This document shows, one piece after another, positions 49,008 through 60,666 of a DNA stretch of 64,000 nucleotides. This stretch comes from Tubiluchus corallicola (Eukaryota > Animalia > Priapulida). The DNA lies in contig JAQGDQ010000249.1 in the NCBI GenBank assembly GCA_030141605.1, positions 30,924 to 94,923 on the forward strand. The letters run 5' to 3'. The position numbers and the translations under genes are program-made. How positions within the stretch are numbered: position 1 is the first letter of the stretch; each line of letters opens with the position of its first letter. The notes under the pieces were generated by a model. It saw only the letters and a list, made by a program, of their open reading frames with translations, did not search any database and had not been told where the DNA came from.

Positions 49008-50390
49008 ATGTCGTTTGCATCATTTCTCAAAACGTGTGCCATTGTTTTTTATTTCCTTGAATGTTTTTGCATCAAAGGAACGTTGTGTAAGACTAAACCA
49101 ATGACTGAAAATTGCAACAGACTGTATAACCAGAACAATTTAGATGTGCTTTATGGTAAAAACTTCAGAACACAGGGTTATTCACTCCATGGAGAGATGC
49201 TTCGAGTTGGAGCATGGAGAGACCATCCGATGAAGCCATATCTAGATCAACTGCTTATGATGCTCAGCCAAGCAGCAAACTTTACGTACAAGGTGACGTA
49301 CATCAAACGTTTTGAAACTCCAGAAAATATAATTGATACAGGAGAATTCGACTTGTTTTTGTGCTTAGTCACCATGTTACCAGAAAGAACAAAAAGCATG
49401 ACGTTTCTTCACCCACTTGCTTATAATTCTCATGTATTTATCACAAAAAGACATCAATTACAAGGTTTTAGTATAGTAGACCCATTCACCACACTCGTGT
49501 GGCTGCTTCTGGTATTATATGGCATAGTAGTGGGTACAATACTTTACTATATTGACTACAGCAAAAACTTGCCGTACAACGAGGAAGAGATTATAAAATG
49601 CAGTAATTGCCAAAGAAAACTGGAAAAACCAGTGATAAAGAATGAAAGTAAGGCGTACTTTACTCGTTTCACACTATCGTCATACCTCCAACAAGGTGGA
49701 ACATATTTACCACAATATTTATCCGCTAGGATGCTTATCGGATGGTGGTGGATTTTTGCTTGCATCATCACAGCCATGTACACGGGCACACTGGTTAGTA
49801 AATTATTTGTAAGTAAACAAGTTTATCCATTCACTACATTGCAAGAGTTGAAAGACAGCGACATAGTTCCTGTTACACTAGGTGAGTTGGCCGCCACCAT
49901 GCAAATGAAAAACAGACCGGAATTTAGACATTTGTGGCAGAGAATGAAAGCGGATCGTAATGTACCTGCTGACAATGAAGAAGCAGCATTAGAGCTGACA
50001 GCTACTGGAAAATACACCTTCTTCGCGGGAGAGACTTATGCAAAGCTCTCCTTAATTAAGGATTATGAATTATATGAAAAATGTAGATTTTCTGTTTCCC
50101 CGTTGTTGAAATTTTCGTCACCATCATCATTAGTTGTACCAAAAAAAAGTAACTACACTGATGTCCTAAATTTTGCTCTTGTTACATTAAAAGAACACGG
50201 TCTTGTGGATGAACTGCTACAACAGTTACTGCAGCCTTCGGAAAAATGTTTAGACTCACCTGTTCAGCATGTAGGCACATTATCAATTAATGTGGAGCAA
50301 CTTGACGTAGTTTTTTGGGGGTTGATATTTGGAATCGGTGTAGCATTGTTTACATTTATTAGCGAGCTTGCTTACAAGAAGTTTATTTGA
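49008..50390 (+). CDS. iGluR/IR-like channel, copy 10 (460 aa)
   Basis: Full-length paralog; N-half like copies 8/13, S2 and M4 like copy 2. Confidence 0.92.
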   Translation: MSFASFLKTCAIVFYFLECFCIKGTLCKTKPMTENCNRLYNQNNLDVLYGKNFRTQGYSLHGEMLRVGAWRDHPMKPYLDQLLMMLSQAANFTYKVTYIKRFETPENIIDTGEFDLFLCLVTMLPERTKSMTFLHPLAYNSHVFITKRHQLQGFSIVDPFTTLVWLLLVLYGIVVGTILYYIDYSKNLPYNEEEIIKCSNCQRKLEKPVIKNESKAYFTRFTLSSYLQQGGTYLPQYLSARMLIGWWWIFACIITAMYTGTLVSKLFVSKQVYPFTTLQELKDSDIVPVTLGELAATMQMKNRPEFRHLWQRMKADRNVPADNEEAALELTATGKYTFFAGETYAKLSLIKDYELYEKCRFSVSPLLKFSSPSSLVVPKKSNYTDVLNFALVTLKEHGLVDELLQQLLQPSEKCLDSPVQHVGTLSINVEQLDVVFWGLIFGIGVALFTFISELAYKKFI

Positions 50391-52865
50391 AAATCAATAG
50401 TTTATGTGCTGACCTCATTGCTGACGGATTTGTAGATGATAATCATCTATCAGCTAAGAGTGGATATGCTAAATTCAAACTAAATGATGAAATTGACTGG
50501 AGTATGTTTCATATGTGAGTAGATGAGATATCTCATTGTAAATATCAGTTGTTTATCTGAAACGGTAATCTATGTATAACTTCAACTGGTATAACTCGAA
50601 TTCTTGTGTATCTTAAACAGATCTTGTGGAATGGATTTTCCTTTTAATAAACATCGTGTAATGCAGATTATCGCGTAACTTGAACAAAATTCCCGTTACA
50701 GTTTTTAAGAAATGTACTGAAACTACCTCGCCTGTCTGGAATAGCCTCCCAAGCGAGAAGTCTTACGTGAAAGCATTCACCACATTACGATTTTAACTGC
50801 TAGTCTCAGTGAAAATGCGAAATTGCTTGTGTTACCTTAGTAGAACGCTGCACACGACATGGCTTAACGAACATGGTATAATGTAGATCACAATATTAGT
50901 GATCTAAATTCTATTAATCATGCTACTCAGACTACAGTACATGATGTAGGCAGGTGACTGTAGGTCTGGTTCCTGATTTAGACTTGGTGAGGCCCTAGAC
51001 TATATAAAGCCCTGGGCCTGGTCTCAGAAAACTTGAAAATATATATGCCTCTTAATTATTTAATAGCAAAGTGAGCAATAGAAATTATTTTCGAATGAAT
51101 GACTTACTGGCAACATATTAATAATTTGGTTGGCTTAAACTCTGTCATATACATTTTGTATTATAATAAAATGCAGCTATGACGGATGACCCAAATACTA
51201 AACAAAGGGAAGAAAAAGCAAAAATTGAAAAAATCATAGAAAATACAAATCTCAAAAATGTTGGAAATCATTTAACAACTATTATATGGTTTATCAGAAA
51301 AACAGTTAAAGAAAGCATTGCTTAATTCTATTTTAAATTAAATTATATTTTAATCTGTTGTGTCATTTTTGAAATCTTGGCAACTTTTAGATTTTATCAT
51401 TCTGATTTTAATCTTTAATCACCTTAATTTTTCTTAACTGTGTATGACATTTATCAGTACTTTTACTTCTTAGTACTTTTAGTCTAAAATGTTGTTTTAC
51501 CCCTAATCTAGTTCTGTTATATTTAGTAAATAATTTTTAACTGTTCTTTAATCTTTAAATTTTTCATTTTTCAATTATAATTTATTAATTTTATGAATTT
51601 TAACTTTATGACTCTTACTTGACTTGTTTTTTGAAACTTATTAACAATTTAAAATTCCTAACTCTTGATCCTTAGGGATTTAATTAAATGTTTATTTTAT
51701 TTAATATGTGCTATTAATGCGTAATTTTTATTTGTTTAATTTCACTTTTTGAAATTATATATTTAAAGTGCTAATCACGCATGGACCATCGTGGAAATAT
51801 TGTATTATATGCAGTTTTGATCCACATTCATGTAAAAAAATAAATTTCTGTTCTATTCTAATATTCTTAGGATGATCCATGATTTGTTTAGAGTGAATCC
51901 ACTTGGCAATTTCAAAGGAGATCTTGTTTGAAACTTTACTCCTATAGGGTCCCGTGTTAGTGAAAATTAAAAAAAATTGTAAAAATTAAAAAATCAAAAT
52001 TTTGAAAATACCAAAAAATATGATTCTGTGTCTGTTAATTCCACATCCTGACCTGACATCTCTTACAACTTTGATCCCAATGTGGATTGTTAGGAGTTTT
52101 CCTTAGATTTATTATATAACCTGTTGCGACGAAGCTTTTGTGTTCTTATGTTGGGATTCATCCAAGGATCATTTCCAGGATGAACCATTGCTGTTTGATT
52201 TGGGATAGATCCACAACACAGTTTGTAAATGCATCTGTAATTAACTTGCATGTTTGGTTTATACTGAGAGTTATTAAAGCATCCAGATGACACTTGATAA
52301 TTGAATTAAAAAAATATAAAGTATCAACATTTTCTCATTTCTAAACTTTCCTCACATACCTTTTTACTTAATACATATATAAATTTCACATGGCTCAATA
52401 TAGGACAGTGTGGCGTGCATCAGCAGTCGCTGTCTGTACAAACGTCCCAGCAAACCTGTTTGGAATATTCGGAATGATAAGATCTAAACATGATTTTGAC
52501 TCGGGTGAAAAGTGAGTGGCTTCGTTTATTAATGGATGCAAACGTTAATTACATAAATGATACAAAATCTGATTCAACTCTTCTCTTCTCCTCCTGTTTC
52601 CTCTCCTCTCCTATTTCTGCTTTGAAATATATTATTAGTTTAGGTGTTGAGGTAACATTAGCTATGTGATAATATTAACACAGTTGGCAACAAGAGAAGC
52701 CTTATTAAACACCAATATTAAATATATTTACAAAGTACTCGACCATAACATTGGCATTGTAGTATAAGTGGTCAGCTGAAAACATTTTCATCTTCGCTGC
52801 ATAGCCATATTATGACTGTATACTGTGAATCAGCTAAGTTTATTATTCAGACTTCCAAAGCTAAA

Positions 52866-54248
52866 ATGTCATTTGCATCATTTCTCAAAACTTGTGCCAT
52901 TGTTTTTTATTTCCTTGAATGTTTTTGCATCAAAGGAACGTTGTGTAAAACTAAAACAAGGACTGAAAATTGCAACAGACTGTATAACCAGTACAATTTA
53001 GATGCGTTTTATGGTAAAAACTCCAGAACACAGGGTTATTCACTCCACGGAGATTTGCTTCGAGTGGGAGCATGGAGAGACGATGCTACGAAGCCATATC
53101 TAGATCAGCTGCTTCCGATGCTCAGCCAAGCAGCAAACTTTACGTACAAGGTGACATACATCAAACATTTGGAAACTCCAGAAAATATAATTTGTACAAG
53201 AGAATTCGACTTGTTATTGAGACTATCCACAATGTTCCCAGAAAGAACAAAAAGCATGACGTTTCTTCACCCACTTGTTTATAGTTCTCATGTATTTATC
53301 ACAAAAAGACATCAATTACAAGGTTTTAATATAATAGATCCATTCACCACACTCGTGTGGTTGCTTCTGGTATTATATGGCGTAGTAGCGGGTGCAATAC
53401 TTTAATATATTGACTACAGCAAAAACCTGCCGTACGAAGGGGAAGTGATTACAAAATGCAGCAACTACCAAAGAAAACTGGAAAAACCAGTGATAAAGAA
53501 TGAAAGTAAGGCGTACTTTACTCGGTTCACACTGTCGTCGTACCTCCAACAAGGTGGAACATATTTACCACAATGTTTATCTGCTAGGATGCTCATCGGA
53601 TGGTGGTGGATTTTTGCTTGCATCATCACAGCCATGTACACGGGCACACTGGTTAGTAAATTATTTGTAAGCAAGCAAGTTTATCTGTTCTCTACGTTGC
53701 AAGAGTTGATAGACAGCGACATAGTTCCTGTTACAATAGGTCGGCACAGCTCCACCTTGCAAATGGGAAACAGACCAGAATTTAGGCAACTGTGGCAGAG
53801 AATGAAAGCGGATCGTAATGTACCTGCTGACAATGAAGAAGCAGCATTAGAGCTGACAGCTACTGGAAAATACACCTTCTTCGAAGAAGAGACTTATGCA
53901 AAGCTCGAGTTAATAAAGGATTATGAATTACACAGAAAATGCAGATTTTCTGTTTCCCCGTTTTTGAGATTTTCATCAGCATCAGCATTAGTTGTACCAC
54001 CGAATAGTAACTACACAGAAGCCCTAAATTCTGCTCTTGCTACATTAAAAGAACACGGTTTTGTGGATGAACTGCTACAACAATTACTGCAGCCTTCGAA
54101 AAAATGTTTAGACCCACCTGTTCAGCATGTAGGCACGTTATCAATTAATGTGGAGCAACTTGACGTAGTTTTTTGGGTGTTGATATCTGGAATCGGTGTA
54201 GCATTGTTTACATTTATTAGCGAGCTTGCTTACAAGAAGTTTATGTGA
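52866..54248 (+). pseudogene. iGluR/IR-like copy 11 with premature stop
   Basis: Full 1383-nt span in one frame, but Tyr180 TAC is TAA at 53403-53405. Also substitutions at otherwise near-invariant sites (D110C, G112R, G119R, C201Y). Confidence 0.85.
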
Positions 54249-56521
54249 AAAGCAACAGATATTGTACTAACCCTTCAATCTCCAACCATTTACCCTTTGC
54301 AAGGTCATCAATAACTGCTGCTTGTTGGCTGATCTCAAACAGTTTTCTTATGTAATAATGGCAGTACACGTGCAGCTAAAAACGTAGTGTGCCATGCAGT
54401 TCAGCATCATAACATAAAAACTGTCACTGATTTGACATAAAAAACTGATTTGACGCATTTAATCCACAATGTGTTTTTCAGACTGTTTCCTTTAAATAAT
54501 CTTGTATTGTGAATGTTTCTTCAGCCATGAATACAGTGCACAATGCAGACATGTAGACTGTAGGTCTGGTTCCTGATTTAGACTTGGTGAGGCCCTAGAC
54601 TATGTGAAGCCCTGGGCCTGGTCTCAGAAAACTTGGAAATATATATGCCTCTTAATTATTTAATATCAAAGTGAGCAATACAAATTATTTTCAAATGAAT
54701 GACTTACTGGCAACATATTAATAATGTGGTTTGCTTAAATTCTGTCATATCCATTTTGTGTTATAATAAAATGTAGCTATGACGGATGACCCAAATACTA
54801 AACAAAGGAAAAAAATAGCAAAAATTGAAAAAAATCATAAAAAATACAAATCTTGAAAATTTTGGAAATCATTTAACAACTATTATATAGTTTATCAGAA
54901 AAACAGTTAAAGAAAGCATTGCTTAATACTATTTTAAATTAAATTATATTTTAAACTGTTGTCTCATTTTTGAAATCTTAGCAACGTTTAGATTTTATGA
55001 TTCTGATTTTAATCTTTAATCACATTAATTTTGACCTTATGTAGTTTTGTTCTTAATTACTGTTTAGCAATGATAATTATAAACATTTAATTTTTCTTAA
55101 TTGTGTATGACTTTTATCAGTACTTTTACTTCTTAGTATTTTAGTCTAAAATGTTGTTTTACCCCTAATGTAGTTATGTTACATTTAGTAAATAATTTTT
55201 AACTGTTTTTTAATCTTTAAATTTTTCATTTTTCAATTATACTTTAAGAATTATTTTAATTTTAACTTTATGGCTCTTATTAGAGTTATTTTCTGAAACT
55301 TATTAACAATTTAAAATTCCTAATTCTTGATGGTTGGGGTTTTAATTAAAATGTTAATTTAATTTAATGTATGCTATTAATGTGTAATTTTTATTTGTTT
55401 AATTTCACTTATTTGAAATTAGCTATTTAAAGTGCTAATCATGCATGAACCATCGTGGAAATATTGTATTATATTCAATTTTGATCCACATCCATATAAA
55501 AATAAATTCTATTTTATTCTGTTCTTAGGATGATCCATGATTTGTTTTGTGTGAATCCACTTGGCGATTTAAAAGGAGATGTTGTTTGAAACTTTTTCTC
55601 CTATAGGGTCCTGTGTTAGCGAAAATTTAAAAAAATGCATAAAATTTAAGGAATTAAAAATTTGAAAATCCGCAAAAAGATGATTTTGTGTCTGTTAATT
55701 CCACATCCTGACCTGACATTTCTTACAACTTTGATCCCAATGTGGAGTGTTAGGAGTTTTCCTTAGATTTATTATATAACCTGACGTGACGATGCTTTTG
55801 TGTTCTTATGTTGGGATTCATCCAAGGATCATTTCTGTTATGTTTGATTTGGGATAGATCCACAACACACTTTGTAAGTGCATCAGTAATTAACTTGCAC
55901 GTTTGGTTTACATTGAGAGTTATTTAAGCATCCAGATGAAACTTGATAATTGATTCGAAAAAATATAAAGTATCAACATTTTCATAATTCTAAACTTTTC
56001 TCACATACCTTTTTACTTAATATATATATAAATTTCATATGGCTCAATGTAGGACAGTGTGTGCATGCATCAGCAGTCGCTGTCTGTACAAACGTCCCAG
56101 TAAACCAGTTTGGAATATTTGTAATGATAAGGTCTAAACATGATTTTGACTCTGCTGAAATGTGAGTGGCTTCGTTTATTAATGGATGCAGGCTTTAATT
56201 ACGTAAATGATACAAATTCTGATTCAATTCTTCTCTTCTCCTCCCATTTCCTCTCCTCTCCTATTTCTGCTTTGAAATATATTATTAGGTTAGGTGTTGA
56301 TGTAACATTAGCTATGTGATAATATTAACACAGTTGGCAACAAGAGAAGCCTTATTAAACACCAGTATTAAATATATTTACAAAGCAATCGACCATAACA
56401 TTAGTATTGTAGAATAAGTGGTCAGCTGAAAACATTTTCATCGTCATCCTCCCTGGATAGGCATATTATGACTGTATAACGTGAATCAGCTAAGTCTATT
56501 ATTCAAACCTACAAAGCAAAA

Positions 56522-57904
56522 ATGTCACTTGCATCATTTCTCAAAACTTGTGCCATCGTTTTTTATTTTCTTGAATGTTTTTGCATCAAAGGAATGTTGT
56601 GTAAAACTAAAACAAGGACTGAAAATTGTAACAGCTTGTATAACCAGTACAATTTAAATGCGTTTTATGGTAAAAACTCCAGAACACAGGGTTATTCACT
56701 CCACGGAGAGTTGCTTCGAGTGGGAGCATGGAGAGAAGATGTTATGAAGCCATATCTAGATCAGCTGCTCACGATGCTCAGCCAAGCAGCAAACTTCACG
56801 TACAAGGTGACATACATTAAACGTTCGGAAACTCTAGAAAATACAATTGATACAGGAGAATTCGACTTGGTTTTGGGCTTAGTCACCATGTTACCAGAAA
56901 GAGCAAAAAGTATGACGTTTCTTCACCCACTTGTTTATAGTTCTCATGTATTTATCACAAAAAGACATCAATTACAAGGTTTCAGTATAATAGACCCATT
57001 CGCCACACTCGTGTGGCTGCTTCTGGTATTATATGGCGTAGTAGCGGGTACAATACTCTACTATATTGACTACAGCAAAAACCTGCCATACAACAAGGAA
57101 GGGATTATAAAATGCAGCAACTGCCAAAGAAAACTGGAAAAACCTGTGATAAAGAATGAAGGCAAGGCGTACTTTACTCGGTTCACACTATCGTCGTACC
57201 TCCAACAAGGTGGAACATATTTACCACAATGTTTATCCGCTAGGATGCTTATCGGATGGTGGTGGATTTTTGCTTGCATCATCACGGCCATGTACACGGG
57301 CACACTGGTTAGTAAATTATTTGTAAGCAAGCAAGTTTATCCATTCACTACATTGCAAGAGTTGAAAGACAGCGACATAATCCCTGTTACACTAGGTCGG
57401 CACAGCTCCACCTTGCAAATGAAAAACAGACCGGAATTTAGACAACTGTGGCAGAGAATGAAAACGGATCCTAACATACCTGCCGACAGTGCAGAGATGG
57501 CATTAGAGCTGACATCTACTGGAAAATACACCTTGTTTACAATAGGGACTTATGCAAAGTTCTTCTTAATTAAGGATTATGAATTATATGAAAAATGTAG
57601 ATTTTCTGTTTCTCCATTTTTGAGATTTTCGTTACCATCAGCATTAGTTGTACCAAAGAACAGTAACTACACAGAAGTCCTAAATTTTGCTTTTGCTACA
57701 TTAAAGGAACACGGTCTTGTGGACAAACTGCTACAACAGTTACTGCAACCATCGGCAAAGTGTTTAGACTCACCTGTTCAGCATGTAGGCACGTTATCAA
57801 TTAATGTGAAGCAACTTAATGTAGTTTTTTGGGTGTTGATATTTGGAATCTGTGTAGCATTGTTTACATTTATTAGCGAGATTGCTTACAAGAAATTTAT
57901 GTGA
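56522..57904 (+). CDS. iGluR/IR-like channel, copy 12 (460 aa)
   Basis: Full-length paralog; closest to copy 7. Confidence 0.92.
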   Translation: MSLASFLKTCAIVFYFLECFCIKGMLCKTKTRTENCNSLYNQYNLNAFYGKNSRTQGYSLHGELLRVGAWREDVMKPYLDQLLTMLSQAANFTYKVTYIKRSETLENTIDTGEFDLVLGLVTMLPERAKSMTFLHPLVYSSHVFITKRHQLQGFSIIDPFATLVWLLLVLYGVVAGTILYYIDYSKNLPYNKEGIIKCSNCQRKLEKPVIKNEGKAYFTRFTLSSYLQQGGTYLPQCLSARMLIGWWWIFACIITAMYTGTLVSKLFVSKQVYPFTTLQELKDSDIIPVTLGRHSSTLQMKNRPEFRQLWQRMKTDPNIPADSAEMALELTSTGKYTLFTIGTYAKFFLIKDYELYEKCRFSVSPFLRFSLPSALVVPKNSNYTEVLNFAFATLKEHGLVDKLLQQLLQPSAKCLDSPVQHVGTLSINVKQLNVVFWVLIFGICVALFTFISEIAYKKFM

Positions 57905-60666
57905 AAAGCAATAGTTTATGTGCTGAGCTCATTGCTGACGGATTTGTACATGATAATCGTCTATCAGCTAAGAGTGAATATGCTAAATTCAAACTAAATG
58001 ATGAAATTGACTGGAGTATGTTTCATATGCGAGTAGATAAGATATCTCATTGTAAAAGTCAGTTGTTTATCTGATACGGTAAACTATGTATAACTTCAAC
58101 TGGTATAACTTGAATTCTTGCATATCTTAAACAGATCTTGTGGAACAGATTTTTCCTTTTAATAAACATCGTGTAACTCAGATTATCGCGTAACTTGAAC
58201 CAAATTCCCGGTACAGTTTTTAAGAAATGTACTGAAATTATCTCGCCTGTCTGGAACAGCCTCCCAAGCAAGAAGTCTTATGTGAAAGCGTTCACCACAT
58301 TACGATTTTAACTGCTAGTTTCAGTGAAAATGCTAAATTGCTTGTGTTACCTTAGTAGAACGCTGCATACGACATGGCTTAATAAACGTGGTATAATGTA
58401 GATCACAATATTATTATTGCCGAATTCCATTAACCATGCTCTTCAGTCTACAGTACATGATGTAGGCATGGTGACTGTAGGTCTGGTTCCTGATTTAGAG
58501 TTGGTGAGGCCCTAACCTATATAAAGCCCTGGGCCTGGTGTCAGAAAACTTGGAAATATATACGCCTCTTAATTATTTAATATCAAAGTGAGCAATACAA
58601 ATTATTTTCAAATGAATGACTTACTGGCAACATATTAATAATGTGGTTTGCTTAAACTCTGTCATATACATTTTGTATTATAATGAAATGCAGCTATGAC
58701 GGATGACCCAAATACTAAACAAAGGGAAGAAATAGCAAAAATTGAAAAAATCATAGAAAATACAAATCTCAAAAATGTTGGAAATCATTTAACAACTTTT
58801 ATATGGTTTATCAGAAAAACAGTTAAAGGAAGCATTGCTTAATTCTATTTTAAATTAAATTATATTTTAATCTGTTGTGTCATTTTTGAAATCTTGGCAA
58901 CTTTTAGATTTTATCATTCTGATTTTAATCTTTAATCAACTTAATTTTTGTTAACTGTGTATGACATTTATCAGTACTTTTACTTCTTAGTACTTTTAGT
59001 CTAAAATGTTGTTTTACCCCTAATCTAGTTCTGTTATATTTAGTAAATAATTTTTAACTGTTCTTTAATCTTTAAATTTTTCATTTTTCAATTATAATTT
59101 ATTAATTTTATGAATTTTAACTTTATGACTCTTATTAGACTTATTTTATGAAACTTATTAACAATTTAAAATTCCTAATTCTTGATGCTTAAGGTTTTAA
59201 TTAAAATGCTCATTTAACTTAATGTATGCTATTAATGTGTAATTTTTATTTGTTTAATTTCACTTATTTGAAATTATCTATTTAAAGTGATAACCATGCA
59301 TGGACTATCGTGGAAAAATTGTATTATATGCAATTCTGATTCAAATCCATGTAAAAAATAAATTTCTGTTTTATTCTACTCTGTTCTTAGGATGATCCAT
59401 GATTCGTTTTGAGTGAATACACTTGGCGATTTCAAAGGAGATGTTGTTTGAAACTTTTTCTCCTATAGGGCCCCATATTAGTGAAAATTTTAAAAAAAAT
59501 GCGTAAAATTTAAGAAATCAAAATTTTGAAAATCCGCAGAAAGATGATTCTGTGTCTGTTAAATCCACATCCTGACCTGACATTTCTTGTAACTTTGATC
59601 CCAATGTGGAGTGTTAGGAGTTTTCCTTAGATTTATTTATATAACCTGTTGCGATGATGCTTTTGTGTTCTTATGTTGGGATTCATCCAAGGATCATTTC
59701 TTGGATGAATCATTACTGTTTGATTTGGGATAGATCCACAACACAGTTTGTACATGCATCAATAATTAACTTGCATGTTTGGTTTACATTGAGAGTTATT
59801 AAAGCATCCAGATGACATTTGATAATTGATTAGGAAAAATATGAAGTTGATACTTCTAAACTTTTCTCACTTACCTTTTTACTTAATACATATATAAATT
59901 TCATATGGCTCAATATAGGACAGTGTCTGCATGCATCAGCAGTCGCTGTCTGTACAAACGTCCCAGTAAACCAGTTTGGAATATTTGTAATGATAAGATC
60001 TAAACATGATTTTGACTCTGGTGAAATGTGAGTGGTTTTGTTTATTAACTGATGCAGACATTAATTATGCAAATGATAGAAAATCTTGTTCAACTCTTTT
60101 CTTCCTCTCCCGTTTCCCCTCCTATTGCATTTTTATCTATTCTATTTTATTCTACTTCCTTCTATACTGTTGCCTTTTTGTTCTTTCTAATCTAATTTGC
60201 AGTTTGCACGTCTCTGATAGTGTTAAGTGTTTTATGTTTGCTCTTGTGTGGTTTCCACATTCGCTAGCGCCAGTGCCGCATACAAAAGCCAAATCTTTTG
60301 ATACCTAGCAAACAAATACATAGCCAATAACGTTTTCGAAAGTGCATGTTCTGCAGCATTCTGCTTTTCAATATGCTGTTAGTTTAGGTGTTGAGGTAAC
60401 ATCAACTTCAGCAGGCAACAGAAGAAGCCTAATTGAACACTAGACAGTTTGACAGAAAAAAAACATGCAGAATGGGCTCCTGTCAATTAGCGTACAGACA
60501 ATTACGATTAATGCAAATATATTTACAAAGTACTCGACCACAACACATTGGCATTGTAGTATAAAAGCGGTTAGCTGAAAACATTTTCATCTTCGCTGCA
60601 TAGCCATATTATGACTGTATAACGTGAATCAGCTAACGCTCATGATTCGATTTTACAAAGCAAAAA

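Noticed and set aside
9631-60308. Recurrent ~64-100-aa hydrophobic plus-strand ORFs (MILTLVKCE...) and MLGRLFQ... ORFs in spacers
   Set aside because: They overlap TE relics, have variable stops and frameshifts between copies, and show no recognisable domain.
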